A DNA stretch of 51,168 nucleotides from the IMG/VR virus record IMGVR_UViG_3300005831_000022, one strand, 5' to 3'. The position numbers and the translations under genes are program-made. Under the pieces are notes generated by a model. It searched no databases, had not been told where the DNA came from, and was given only the letters and a program-made list of their open reading frames with translations. Shown here piece after piece: positions 15,694 to 26,229 of the stretch (its first letter is position 1; each line of letters starts with the position of its first letter). Source of the stretch: a virus.

Positions 15694-17025
15694 ATGTTAG
15701 TAAACAAAGAAATTAATGAAGCGTTTAAAGATTATATCTTTGATTGGGATTACAAAACATACTTATCTCTAGGTGGTTACGGTTCGTCTAAATCATACCA
15801 CACAGCGTTGAAACTAATACTAAAACTGTTTGCAGAGAAACGAAAAGCGTTAGTAGTTAGAGAAGTGTATGATACACTAAAGGAATCAACGTTTGACCTT
15901 ATATTCGAAATACTAGATAGTATGGATATGTTAGAAGAAGAGAGTAACAAGGGTAGAACAACAAAGGTGCGTTTCAGAGTGTCACCATTACAGTTCGTGT
16001 TTCCTAATGGCTCACGTATCATATTTAAAGGAATGGACAGTCCTAGTAAAGTAAAGAGTATTAACAATGTATCTATAGTATGGATAGAAGAAGCAAGTGA
16101 ATTAAAGTATGCAGGTTACAAAGAGTTATTAGGGCGTGTACGTTGTTACGGTATGTCACTACATTTCATATTAACAACTAATCCTGTAGGTATGGAAACA
16201 TGGGTCTATACACACTTCTTTAAAAGTGTAAACGAACTAGGTGAAGAAACAATTGTACTAGATGATAAAGACTTATACAACAAGAAAGTAATTGTATGTA
16301 ACAACACATATTACCATCATAGTACAGTGGATGATAACAAGTTTATAAACCCTGAATACATACAAACACTTGACGAACTAAGAACATATGATGATACCTT
16401 ATGGAGGATAGCAAGGTGGGGACGTTTCGGTGTTAACGGTTTACGTGTGTTACCACAATTCACAGTTGCAAAGAACCCAACACAGTTTGTTAATGCTATA
16501 CGTAAGTTACCTATTAGTTCACATTATTTCGGTATGGATTTTGGATTTGAAACATCATACAATGCAGTGATATCATGTGCTGTAGATATACAAACAAAGA
16601 CATTATATATATACGATGAAATATACATTAATAACATAACAGATGATGTAATGAGTGAACATCCTAAGATGGTGAAACATAAGATAATGGAACACGAACT
16701 AGTAGCAGATAACGAAGACCCAAAAGCTATATCGTTCTATAGAAGATGTGGTTACAAGATGCGTGGTTGTCGTAACAAGTTTGCAGGTTCACGCTTATCT
16801 AATACAAGAAAGTTAAAACGTTTCAAACGTATTGTGTGTAGTCCTACATGTGTAAACGTAATAAGAGAATTAAAGAGTTTAACATATAAGATAAACAGGC
16901 AAGGTAAACTAATCTATGATGAATTCAATATTGACCCTCATACATTCAGTGCCTTGTGGTATGCATTAGATAACGTAACAGTGGCAGACGTAAAACATGA
17001 GAAGAGAAACAATAAAAGAGGATGA
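15694..17025 (+). CDS. terL: Terminase large subunit (PBSX/Terminase_3-like)
   Basis: Walker A-like GGYGSSKS, Walker B VWIEEASE, C-terminal nuclease region. Size and position fit. Confidence 0.9.
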   Translation: MLVNKEINEAFKDYIFDWDYKTYLSLGGYGSSKSYHTALKLILKLFAEKRKALVVREVYDTLKESTFDLIFEILDSMDMLEEESNKGRTTKVRFRVSPLQFVFPNGSRIIFKGMDSPSKVKSINNVSIVWIEEASELKYAGYKELLGRVRCYGMSLHFILTTNPVGMETWVYTHFFKSVNELGEETIVLDDKDLYNKKVIVCNNTYYHHSTVDDNKFINPEYIQTLDELRTYDDTLWRIARWGRFGVNGLRVLPQFTVAKNPTQFVNAIRKLPISSHYFGMDFGFETSYNAVISCAVDIQTKTLYIYDEIYINNITDDVMSEHPKMVKHKIMEHELVADNEDPKAISFYRRCGYKMRGCRNKFAGSRLSNTRKLKRFKRIVCSPTCVNVIRELKSLTYKINRQGKLIYDEFNIDPHTFSALWYALDNVTVADVKHEKRNNKRG

Positions 17026-17034
17026 TAAAACATT

Positions 17035-17142
17035 ATGAGTAAAGCAACCAAATACATACTACTATCTATACTTACAGTAATAGCATGTGAATATATAGCT
17101 TGTTTTACGATATTGCTGTATATAGAAAAGATAGGAGTATGA
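17035..17142 (+). CDS. Tiny single-TM protein (35 aa), tentative
   Basis: Hydrophobic core YILLSILTVIACEYIACFTILLY. Below the track cutoff, weak RBS. Confidence 0.3.
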   Translation: MSKATKYILLSILTVIACEYIACFTILLYIEKIGV

Positions 17143-17146
17143 AACA

Positions 17147-17242
17147 ATGGACAAAACAATTAGACTACTTAACATCATACATATAACATTAGTTACATTA
17201 ATACTATTAGCAACCGTATGTACAATACAAGTAATGTATTAA
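17147..17242 (+). CDS. Tiny single-TM protein (31 aa), tentative
   Basis: ATG after AGGAG. Hydrophobic core LLNIIHITLVTLILLATVCTI. Confidence 0.35.
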   Translation: MDKTIRLLNIIHITLVTLILLATVCTIQVMY

Positions 17243-17258
17243 AGAGAGGGTAAACAAT

Positions 17259-18446
17259 ATGAGTATAAGAAGAAGATTATTAGACATAGCAAGTTCACAA
17301 GTAGGAAACACAGAGCCTACAGGTGATGATAAGTACATTGAGTTCTTCAATAAAGAAGTAAACAAAACATGGGCACTAGAAAAGAATGTACCGTGGTGTA
17401 GTATTTTTGTAACTTACTGTTTAATTAATGCAGGAGTAACAAACAAAGAAGCACCTTATACATGTTCCTGTGATGATGGAATGAATTGGTTTAAACAACA
17501 CAAACAGTTTAATACAAAAGATAGTAAGTATGAGCCTGTAGTAGGTGATATAGTATACTACAGTAACACAGGAAACCAAATGGACAGCACACACGTTGGC
17601 ATTGTAATTCAATCAATGCAGAATACAATTAAGACAATAGAGGGTAACACTCCACAAGATGGCGTTGATGGTGTACGTGTAAAAGTAAGAGAACGTGCAA
17701 GCAACTACATATTAGGTTATGGACATATACTCATGAGTGATGAAGTAGACCCACAACAAGAGCTATTTGAGAATACACAATATGTAGGTACAGGCAACAC
17801 GCTAATACAAGTAATATCAACAGAACGTTTACCAGTGTATGCACAAAACAAAAGTATACTAGGCTATCTATTTAAAGATATGACAGCAGAGGTATTACAA
17901 GTAACAGAAGACAGAAAGAGCCTTAAGGTTGTATGGCGTTCTTCAAAGGATGGTATTGCTTATGTAGATACAAGCAATACACAATATAGAATGATACCTA
18001 TCAATAAAGAACCTGTATACAAACCTAAGGTACACACAGTAGGACGTACAATAAACTTTACAGGTAACAAGTGCTACATGAGTGCAGATGCTGACAACGG
18101 TATTGATTGTACAAGTGGAGTGGTAACAATAACACAGTACGCACAAGGACAAAAGCACCCTTACCATGTAGTACATAAAAGTAACCAGTGTAATGTATAT
18201 GGTTGGGTAGATGAAAAGTATCTTGTATCTGTATTAACATCAAAAGAAATAGTAACATGCACAGTAACAGCCGATGTCTTAAATATAAGAATAGGTGCAG
18301 GAACACAATTCAAGAAACTACCACAGTACCCACAAGTAAGAAAAGGAACAAAACTAATCATATTAGAGAAAGTCGGGGATTGGTACAAGATATCAATCAA
18401 TGGTCATACAGGTTACGTACATAGCAGTTATGTAAAACGTACATAA
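17259..18446 (+). CDS. CHAP-domain peptidoglycan hydrolase with SH3b repeats (endolysin or virion lysin)
   Basis: CHAP motifs are VPWCSIFVTYC (Cys), DSTHVGIV (His) and IEGNT. C-terminal SH3b is VLNIRIGAG...GDWYKISINGHTGYVHSSYV. Confidence 0.8.
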   Translation: MSIRRRLLDIASSQVGNTEPTGDDKYIEFFNKEVNKTWALEKNVPWCSIFVTYCLINAGVTNKEAPYTCSCDDGMNWFKQHKQFNTKDSKYEPVVGDIVYYSNTGNQMDSTHVGIVIQSMQNTIKTIEGNTPQDGVDGVRVKVRERASNYILGYGHILMSDEVDPQQELFENTQYVGTGNTLIQVISTERLPVYAQNKSILGYLFKDMTAEVLQVTEDRKSLKVVWRSSKDGIAYVDTSNTQYRMIPINKEPVYKPKVHTVGRTINFTGNKCYMSADADNGIDCTSGVVTITQYAQGQKHPYHVVHKSNQCNVYGWVDEKYLVSVLTSKEIVTCTVTADVLNIRIGAGTQFKKLPQYPQVRKGTKLIILEKVGDWYKISINGHTGYVHSSYVKRT

Positions 18447-18470
18447 CAAACAACAGGAGGTAATACACAC

Positions 18471-21400
18471 ATGAGTACAAAGACAACAACAAGCAACGTA
18501 ACACAGCTAACACTAGAAACAGCAGTTTACAATAGCATAGTGTTTAGTGATACGTTTCCATACTTTTGTATTAAGAACACAACAGAGGGTAATATATATG
18601 TAAGTACTAATAACAACTTTGCGAATACAGATGATGACGTAACAATCATTGCAGGTGGTTCTAGTGCTGTAATTCTTAACAACAACAAATCAACACTTTA
18701 TATTAAAGCAAGCAACACAGGAGTAATAAACGTAATTGGTTTAAACTCTTTCATGATGCTTTTTAGTGGTGGCTCGCAAGGAGGTGGAACAGGATTGGAC
18801 GGAGCAGATGGTAAAGACGGAAGTCAAATATACTACGGTACAACGATTACAGGAACAACAGCAACAGGAACGATATTTGTAGACAGTGGCGTGTTAAGTG
18901 CTAATGTTGGCGATTACTACATGAATACAAACGCAGGCAATGTAAACGAGGGTAACATGTACTATTGTGTAACAGCAGGTGCAAGCGATGTAGCAGAGTG
19001 GGTTTACATTATATGTTTAAAAGGTAATGCAGGTACTGACGGAGAAGATGGGGTAGGAACAGAAACAGCAACTAAAACAACAGCAGGTGTTATCAAGGTA
19101 TCAGACGATTTTACATTGACAGGAGCAGGAAGTGATACATTAGAACTACCAAAAAGAGATAAGTTGCGTAACATGTTAGTCGATGATAAATTTAAGAGTA
19201 TGTTTATACAGTGGAATGTTGCGTATTCATACGATGCGTTAAAAGTACAGGTAAATGACACATATACAAAACTACATTCTACAAGTACAGGTAATAAGCA
19301 GGCGTGGGATGGTGTAACCTTAGAAAACGGACACACATACATTGCAATGGTAAACGCTAGATGTAACAGCAGTGGCACAGATGCGTGTAGAATGAAAATA
19401 AATCTTGCCAATTCACCATTTACAGAATATGGACTAGTAACAATTCCTATTAGTGCAAATTTCGGTAACTACGGATTTAGGTATACAAACAACACAGGAA
19501 CAAACAACTATTGCCAGTTCTCTATACAAGAACCCACAACACACGCTTTAGATGTAGACCTTGTTTATTGCGTACTTATTGACATTACAGATACAGACAT
19601 GATTGATATGACCTATGCAGAGATTAGAGATAGATACTTAAACGATTACGACTGTACATATAAAGGTTACGTATACTTTGATATACAAAAGAAATTAGAA
19701 TACGCCTTGACAGACATACGAGAAGACGAAGAAGAAGTTATTTATCCACGTATGAATACAAGCAGGTACACAAAGAACTTTTGGCGTACAAATGGTACTA
19801 AGTTTGTAGATGGTGCAGGTAACGAAGTAATTTTCAGAGCAAACAACGTAGGTAATGACTGTACTAACATTAACAGTATTGCAGGTAGTGACTTAATCGA
19901 AAGTACAAACGGATACAGCGAAGACCACAATGAAGACAGCTACAGAGAGTTAAAAGAATTAGGTTTTAATGGTATGCGTTTTGAACTTAACTATATCTTT
20001 TTTGAGGGTGCAGGAAACAGGGTAATAGATAACACACTAGCAGGCAACCCAAGTGATTACAATCCTAATGCATGGGCGTGGTTAGATAGAGAAATAGCAC
20101 TTGCTAGAAAGTACGATATAAAGCTACTCCTTAACATGCATGTATACAGTGGTATGGGTGGATGGGAAATAGCAACGCATAACATATGGACAACAGCAGA
20201 CAGTAGAACAAGATTTGTAAACCTATGGAAAGCAATAGCAACACGCTACAAGAACGAAGATATTATTATTGGTTACGGTTTAATGAATGAACCTGTAATA
20301 ACAGCACAAGTTGACAACGCTACTACGATAGCAATATATCAAAACTTAATGAATCTTACATGTACAGAAATACGTAAGGTAGACACAAATCATATCTTGT
20401 TTGTAGAACAAGCATTAAGAGATACAAACAACGACAGTACACTAAACAGTAATAACAATTTTGTGGATGTGTTAAATAACGGTGTACCTGATGATAAATA
20501 TTGTTGGGAAGCACACATTTACCATGATATGTCCATAACTCACGAAATGAGTGCAAGTAAACACTTAAGCATAAACTACCCTAACGAATTCGCTACGTTC
20601 AATACTGGCAGTCAATACGATTGGGTAGACAACACAGCAGTATTTGTAAATATACCAGTAGACACACCAAATCAAACAGAGTGGACAACATTTGAAACGG
20701 TATTAAAAATACCCCACGCAAATTGTAAACTGATATCACCATTCATTCGAATCAGGGATGCATTTGGTGGTGAAGTATGGCAGTTCTGTGATTACAAAAT
20801 AAGTATATATGATTCCAATAATAACTTTGTAGAAGACATTTTTATTGACAACGCTCAATACGGTGCAATCTTCAACGGTGGCGTGTTAGGTACAATGACA
20901 AACCCACAATTGCAAGGTGCAACAGAATTGGGATACATGCAATTAGTATCCAACGCCTTAAGTGGTAACACAACAACAGTAATGATGAACGAAACACCTG
21001 CGTCAGCACGTTGGAGAATCCCAGCAGGTTATAAGTACAAGATTAGTGCAAAGTACAGAGTTCAAAATATTTCTTCAAGTGTTATTTTCAGGTTCTATAT
21101 TGGTGCTGACGAAATTAATAGTGCGAATGTAACGAACACAGCAGAACGATTTGAGTATTATGTAGACACATACAAAACATCATGTGATGCCAAGAACATC
21201 CCTTTACACATAGGTGAGTTCGGGGCAAATTATAAATCAATCACACAGTTCGAACGTGGTGGAGATTTATGGGTAAGGGATGCCTTTTCAGTGTTACGTA
21301 AGAAACAAATCAACTATAGCTACTTTAGTTATAGTGGTTCTGATTTTTCTATGTATCGAGGGATGCCAAAATATTACTTAAGAGAACAAAAGCTTTATGA

Positions 21401-21476
21401 CGTGGTGCATAACCATTTCAGAGAAATTACAAACGCAGAAATAGACGCTATAGTAACAGAGACATTACAATCATAA
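18471..21476 (+). CDS. Fibre/receptor-binding protein with short collagen-like triplets and a GH5 (cellulase-family) domain
   Basis: GLDGADGKDGSQ and GNAGTDGEDGVG triplets. GH5 landmarks are FNGMRFEL, LLNMH, GYGLMNEP (acid/base Glu), HIYH and HIGEFG (nucleophile Glu). Confidence 0.7.
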   Translation: MSTKTTTSNVTQLTLETAVYNSIVFSDTFPYFCIKNTTEGNIYVSTNNNFANTDDDVTIIAGGSSAVILNNNKSTLYIKASNTGVINVIGLNSFMMLFSGGSQGGGTGLDGADGKDGSQIYYGTTITGTTATGTIFVDSGVLSANVGDYYMNTNAGNVNEGNMYYCVTAGASDVAEWVYIICLKGNAGTDGEDGVGTETATKTTAGVIKVSDDFTLTGAGSDTLELPKRDKLRNMLVDDKFKSMFIQWNVAYSYDALKVQVNDTYTKLHSTSTGNKQAWDGVTLENGHTYIAMVNARCNSSGTDACRMKINLANSPFTEYGLVTIPISANFGNYGFRYTNNTGTNNYCQFSIQEPTTHALDVDLVYCVLIDITDTDMIDMTYAEIRDRYLNDYDCTYKGYVYFDIQKKLEYALTDIREDEEEVIYPRMNTSRYTKNFWRTNGTKFVDGAGNEVIFRANNVGNDCTNINSIAGSDLIESTNGYSEDHNEDSYRELKELGFNGMRFELNYIFFEGAGNRVIDNTLAGNPSDYNPNAWAWLDREIALARKYDIKLLLNMHVYSGMGGWEIATHNIWTTADSRTRFVNLWKAIATRYKNEDIIIGYGLMNEPVITAQVDNATTIAIYQNLMNLTCTEIRKVDTNHILFVEQALRDTNNDSTLNSNNNFVDVLNNGVPDDKYCWEAHIYHDMSITHEMSASKHLSINYPNEFATFNTGSQYDWVDNTAVFVNIPVDTPNQTEWTTFETVLKIPHANCKLISPFIRIRDAFGGEVWQFCDYKISIYDSNNNFVEDIFIDNAQYGAIFNGGVLGTMTNPQLQGATELGYMQLVSNALSGNTTTVMMNETPASARWRIPAGYKYKISAKYRVQNISSSVIFRFYIGADEINSANVTNTAERFEYYVDTYKTSCDAKNIPLHIGEFGANYKSITQFERGGDLWVRDAFSVLRKKQINYSYFSYSGSDFSMYRGMPKYYLREQKLYDVVHNHFREITNAEIDAIVTETLQS

Positions 21477-21492
21477 GGAGAGGTGAAAAACA

Positions 21493-22455
21493 ATGCATAT
21501 AATACATAATTTAGAAGATATAATCAAAAGAATCACATTGAGTGTAAAAGCGTTTGCAAACATTTCAAACGGTGCAACATTTTCATCGCCTTTGTACTTG
21601 TCTAACAGTGCCGATGATGTAATTGCAACGTATAACAAGTTAAGCTATTCGAATGATTCAGCTTTAGTTACAGGAACAACAACAGTCAAAAACAGTGATG
21701 GGGAAAAGATATATGATAACTACCTATTTCCTAACGCAATTGACACTGTACAAATACCAGCAGGTACATGGACGTTCGGGATAAGTGCTAGTTTATCGGC
21801 TGTAGTGGGTATAACGAAGTTTAAAGCAACTGTATTTGTACGCCATATAGGGGGAACAGAAACCGACTTATTTAGTGCGTATTCTAACCAAATTACAGAC
21901 CCAACAGCAAACGGAATACAGTTACAATCATTTACTTCTACACAACCACAATATACTGTTTTAACGACCGATAGATTAGGCATTAGATTATATGTAATGT
22001 CAACACATACAGTAAACATTACCGTTTCCATTGGAATAGGTGGAGCGACTACAAGTTACTTTTCGACACCATTAGCATTGTCACACACTAACCTAAGAAA
22101 CTTAAACGCAGATACAAGCAATGTACACGTAACACAAGCACAGAAAGACGTACTAGCAAAGTACCCAGCTGAATTGATAGAGAATGGAACAAGTAACTTA
22201 GTGTCTACAATATCACCAAATAAAATGTATACATGGGGAACGTTAACAAGTGCTAACACCTTATCATTAACGCTAGGTAGTACAACGTCAGGTGTTTTAA
22301 ATGAATTTATGTTTGAATTCAAAACAGGGGCAAGCGTACCAGTGTTTTCTGCAATCAGTGGAGTTACATGGGTAGGTTCTAATCCAACATTAGCAATTAA
22401 CAAGACCTACCAATTTTCGATTGTCAATGGGATAGGGGCGTGGGCTTATGCTTAG
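21493..22455 (+). CDS. Putative fibre/structural protein
   Basis: Beta-rich, Thr/Ser-rich. The SHTNLRNLNADTSNVHVTQAQKDVL segment resembles tail-fibre proteins. Confidence 0.4.
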   Translation: MHIIHNLEDIIKRITLSVKAFANISNGATFSSPLYLSNSADDVIATYNKLSYSNDSALVTGTTTVKNSDGEKIYDNYLFPNAIDTVQIPAGTWTFGISASLSAVVGITKFKATVFVRHIGGTETDLFSAYSNQITDPTANGIQLQSFTSTQPQYTVLTTDRLGIRLYVMSTHTVNITVSIGIGGATTSYFSTPLALSHTNLRNLNADTSNVHVTQAQKDVLAKYPAELIENGTSNLVSTISPNKMYTWGTLTSANTLSLTLGSTTSGVLNEFMFEFKTGASVPVFSAISGVTWVGSNPTLAINKTYQFSIVNGIGAWAYA

Positions 22456-23167
22456 AAGACACATGATGCTATCTAAATCAAAGATAGATGCAAACACTGT
22501 ATTACTTTTACATTGTAACGGTTCGAACAACTCCACCACTTTTGTTGATGAAGCAGGCAAAACGATTTCAAGGGGTGGGGATGCAAAGTTAAACAAAGAT
22601 ATATACAAGTTCGGTGGTTCTTCTTTGATGCTTAATGGCAGTACGGATTACGTAACCACTCCTGATAGCTCCGATTTTGATTTTGGTAATGGAGATTTTA
22701 CAATTGACTTTTGGTGCTACTTCAACGCATTTAACAGTACGACAGCTACAGGAATTTTTTCACAGCGTTCATCTTCAACAAGCAATGTTGCGTTATACTG
22801 TTACATAGCCCAAAATGCAGATAGAAAGATGTATTTATATTATACTACCAACGGAAATACAACCGTTGGTGGTGGCTTTAATACGGTGTTTACAGCAGGG
22901 CAATGGTATCATGTGGCGATAGTTAGAAATGGTACAGAAATAGGAATGTATGTAAATGGTGTAAAAGAAGCAAATACGATTAACGTAGGAACATCCACTT
23001 TCTACAGTAGTGCTGAAAACATTTCTATTGGTGCAATGAAAACAGGTGTAAGCACTTATTCACATTGGTGCAACGGCTACCTTGACGAGTTTTGTGTGAG
23101 AAAAGGCATAGCCAAATACACAGCTAATTTTACACCACCAACAAGAGAATACTATGGAGGTGCTTAA
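22448..23167 (+). CDS. LamG/concanavalin-like jelly-roll domain protein
   Basis: GNGDFTIDFWCYF...WYHVAIVRNGTEIGMYVNGV is typical of LamG-fold modules. Confidence 0.6.
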   Translation: MLRRHMMLSKSKIDANTVLLLHCNGSNNSTTFVDEAGKTISRGGDAKLNKDIYKFGGSSLMLNGSTDYVTTPDSSDFDFGNGDFTIDFWCYFNAFNSTTATGIFSQRSSSTSNVALYCYIAQNADRKMYLYYTTNGNTTVGGGFNTVFTAGQWYHVAIVRNGTEIGMYVNGVKEANTINVGTSTFYSSAENISIGAMKTGVSTYSHWCNGYLDEFCVRKGIAKYTANFTPPTREYYGGA

Positions 23168-23170
23168 ACA

Positions 23171-24814
23171 ATGTTACACACAAGATTAACAACAGAACAA
23201 GAACGGTATGAAGTACTAAGAGCCTACAAATGTATACCATATGCCCTATTTTCTAACGAGTACACAGGTAAGACGGATGAACTCATGCACGAGTTAAATG
23301 ACATATACGAACTGTATCATATATATAAAAAAGGTATGTCATTCTTAACAGAGGGAACAAATGGCGATTACATACCAAGTAAGGTAAGATATAAAAAGAT
23401 AGCTACATTGATTAATAAAGAAGCTAGATTTATGTTCGGTCAATACCCTGACTTTAATGTGTTATCACAAGCCGACAGAAGCTTACAAACAGAAGCAACA
23501 CGAAACAACATTGATGCGATGCAAACGCTTGTTAATACAGTGCTAACAGAAAACAATTTTGAAAGCATGTTAATGAAAGCAGGTAAAGATTGTTTAATTG
23601 GAAAGCGTGTGGCGTTCGCTGTAAACTTTTCAGAATACGATGGTGTTACGATACAAGCGTTTACAAGTAAAGATTTTGTATTTGAATGTAAAGGTAACAA
23701 CACGAACGCATTAACAAAGTTTGTTTCTTTTACAATCATAGAAGAGAACACACAGAACACACAAAAGAGAATATTCAAAAAGAAATACAAACTAGAGGTT
23801 GTAAACAACAAAGATGTGTGTTTTGTGGAGGAATCTATCCACGATGGTAATGGTGTTCTTATAAGTACAGTAACAGAGTATCAAGAGACCTTGCTCGATA
23901 GAATACCTGTAGCAATTGTATTAAATGACGGATTGACAGGTGATATCAAAGGGCTGTCAGAAATAGAGCAAATCGGTGAAGATGTAGAGCGTGCATACTC
24001 CAAGCTTTCCAACGCCGATACTGACAGCTTAAGAAAGTCAATGAATCCAATCAAATACACTGTAGACATGAGTACAGAAACCACAAAAGGATTAAGTACG
24101 TCAGCAGGTGCTTACTGGGATTTATTAAGCGACCAAAATATAGATAGACCTAATCCATCCATTGGAACGTTAGAAAGTAATATAGGCTATTCTAGTGCGT
24201 TAGAAACTACATTGAAAAGAATGAAAAGTGAGATGTACGAAGCTATAGACATGCCCGACATTTCACCCGACACGCTAGCAGGGATGATAACAAGTGGTAA
24301 ATCCTTAAAGGCAATCTATTGGGGTCTAACTGTTAGATGTAACGAGAAAATGAAAGAATGGCATCCAGCTTTACAACGTTTAGTAAGTATAATTATTGAC
24401 GGTGCTATAATTTACAGTAACACAATAGCAATGTACAATATAGATGTACCGTATGCATCACAGTACAAAATTGAGATAGTAACAAACTATCCGATACAGG
24501 ACGATGAAAACGAAGAAAAGACAATTGACCTATCAGAAATTTCTAATAATGCAATGTCACGCTTATCTTACATTAAAAAGTGGCGTAAGATGACAGACAA
24601 GGAAGCACAGGAAGAGTTGTTACAAATTGCAAAAGAACAAGCGTTATTTGAAAATGCTACAGGTAGTTTAAACGATACAACACAACTAGATAACATAAAT
24701 GACAGTACACAAGATAATGAAGATTTAGAATACAACACAGAAGACGCAGAAGACACAGAACAACAAACAACAGAAGATAACTTACAACAAATGAATGATA
24801 GTATACAAGAGTAA
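23171..24814 (+). CDS. Portal protein (SPP1 gp6-like)
   Basis: 547 aa, immediately upstream of the Mu F-like head morphogenesis gene, with an acidic C-terminus. The call rests mainly on size and synteny. Confidence 0.7.
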   Translation: MLHTRLTTEQERYEVLRAYKCIPYALFSNEYTGKTDELMHELNDIYELYHIYKKGMSFLTEGTNGDYIPSKVRYKKIATLINKEARFMFGQYPDFNVLSQADRSLQTEATRNNIDAMQTLVNTVLTENNFESMLMKAGKDCLIGKRVAFAVNFSEYDGVTIQAFTSKDFVFECKGNNTNALTKFVSFTIIEENTQNTQKRIFKKKYKLEVVNNKDVCFVEESIHDGNGVLISTVTEYQETLLDRIPVAIVLNDGLTGDIKGLSEIEQIGEDVERAYSKLSNADTDSLRKSMNPIKYTVDMSTETTKGLSTSAGAYWDLLSDQNIDRPNPSIGTLESNIGYSSALETTLKRMKSEMYEAIDMPDISPDTLAGMITSGKSLKAIYWGLTVRCNEKMKEWHPALQRLVSIIIDGAIIYSNTIAMYNIDVPYASQYKIEIVTNYPIQDDENEEKTIDLSEISNNAMSRLSYIKKWRKMTDKEAQEELLQIAKEQALFENATGSLNDTTQLDNINDSTQDNEDLEYNTEDAEDTEQQTTEDNLQQMNDSIQE

Positions 24815-24828
24815 AGGAAGTGACGTAA

Positions 24829-25758
24829 ATGAACATATTACGATTGGCAACAGCTGACGCAATTAGAAAACGAGTAACAGTACAACAACAAACAAAAATA
24901 AAAGAAGTATACACAACAGCACTAACAAGTACAAGAAAAGAAATAGAAAAGTTAAAGTTTAATAATAGCGTTACTAGTGCCATTCGTACACGTCAGTTGT
25001 ATTTACTAGAACAACAACTAACAAAAGCTTTAACTACAGCAAACGGAGAACTAGAAAATATTATAAAAAGTAATATGGGTATAGTCGTTAATGGTGCTGT
25101 AGATGAAGCGAATAAGTTTCTCACACATGTACGTTTTAAAGGACAGGTAAATTACTCATACGTAAATGAACAAGTTGTAAAAAGCATTACAACAGGTCAA
25201 GTATATGATACTGGGTGGAGTCTTTCAAAACGTATATGGGGAAACAACGAAAAGCAATTGCAGGATATACACAAAATAATTGCAATAGGTACAGCACAAA
25301 ATAAGGGTTCTTACGATATAGCCAAAGACCTAGAAAGATATGTAAACCCAAAAGCAAGGAAAGATTGGAATTGGTCAAAAGTTTACCCGAACACAAACAA
25401 GGTTATAGATTACAACGCTCAAAGACTAGCAAGGACACTAGTATCTCATGCATACCAGCAAAGCACACAGGTAGCCCATAATGATAACCCTTTTGTAACA
25501 GGCTATATATGGTATAGTGCTTTAATTCATGGGCGTACGTGCGAAATCTGTACGAATCGGAACGAGGTTGTATATTCAAAGAATGAAGTACCACTTGACC
25601 ACCCAAACGGATTATGTACAATAGCACCTGTATTAAGTAAATCACTAAAAGAGATATCAAGCGATGTAGCCGATTGGTACAATGGAAACAGTAACGAAGA
25701 GCTTGACACATGGAGCGAAAAACTACAAGAACAGAAACAAGATAAATTTTACAAATAA
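24829..25758 (+). CDS. Minor head / head morphogenesis protein (Mu F / SPP1 gp7 family)
   Basis: C-terminal HGRTCEICTNRN...PLDHPNGLCTIAPV matches the family's signature. Confidence 0.8.
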   Translation: MNILRLATADAIRKRVTVQQQTKIKEVYTTALTSTRKEIEKLKFNNSVTSAIRTRQLYLLEQQLTKALTTANGELENIIKSNMGIVVNGAVDEANKFLTHVRFKGQVNYSYVNEQVVKSITTGQVYDTGWSLSKRIWGNNEKQLQDIHKIIAIGTAQNKGSYDIAKDLERYVNPKARKDWNWSKVYPNTNKVIDYNAQRLARTLVSHAYQQSTQVAHNDNPFVTGYIWYSALIHGRTCEICTNRNEVVYSKNEVPLDHPNGLCTIAPVLSKSLKEISSDVADWYNGNSNEELDTWSEKLQEQKQDKFYK

Positions 25759-25771
25759 TTTCATAAAAGTG

Positions 25772-25800
25772 TTGACACACATATTAATATGTGATATTAT
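25772..25800 (+). promoter_or_regulatory. Sigma-70/sigma-A type promoter (extended -10) inside the head module
   Basis: AAAAGTG-TTGACA (25772..25777), 17 nt spacer, TGaTATTAT (-10 at 25795..25800). Confidence 0.8.
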
Positions 25801-25824
25801 ATAAGAGTACCAAACAGGTACACA

Positions 25825-25836
25825 TTTCAGTTGAAA
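25825..25836 (+). promoter_or_regulatory. Mini-hairpin box TTTC-AGTT-GAAA
   Basis: Perfect arms upstream of GAGGAAAA and ATG 25853. Confidence 0.6.
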
Positions 25837-25852
25837 GAATGAGGAAAAGAAA

Positions 25853-26149
25853 ATGAATACTAGAGAATTTAATAAATTGTTAGAAATGAATGAAACAAAG
25901 AAAAACCAGTTCATGAAAGTGTACGACATAACAATGAACTACACAAGTGATACAGGTTGCACAATTACACAAGAATGTTACCCGAACGAAACTCTTATAA
26001 GAATAATAATTGAGGGTGTGAAAAGTAAGTTTACAATTACTTTTAATCCTATAACGATGGAGTTAGGAAGAAAGCCAAGAAATGTAAAACCTTATTTCAC
26101 AAAAGAAGAGACAGGGTACATGAGTGACATACTACAAAATAGAATGTAA
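25853..26149 (+). CDS. Hypothetical protein (moron gene 1)
   Basis: Has its own promoter and a terminator downstream. No motif recognised. Confidence 0.6.
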   Translation: MNTREFNKLLEMNETKKNQFMKVYDITMNYTSDTGCTITQECYPNETLIRIIIEGVKSKFTITFNPITMELGRKPRNVKPYFTKEETGYMSDILQNRM

Positions 26150-26161
26150 CATTTTTAAATA

Positions 26162-26173
26162 AGTCAGTAGACA
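26162..26173 (+). promoter_or_regulatory. Mini-hairpin box (A)GTC-AGTA-GAC(A)
   Basis: 3-bp arms. Atypically placed before a terminator rather than an RBS. Confidence 0.35.
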
Positions 26174-26187
26174 AAGAAAAACAATAA

Positions 26188-26210
26188 CCACGCAAATGCG
26201 TGGCTTTATT
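26188..26210 (+). terminator. Rho-independent terminator
   Basis: CCACGC-AAAT-GCGTGG followed by CTTTATT. Confidence 0.8.
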
Positions 26211-26229
26211 GCGTTTAAAGGAGAAGAAA

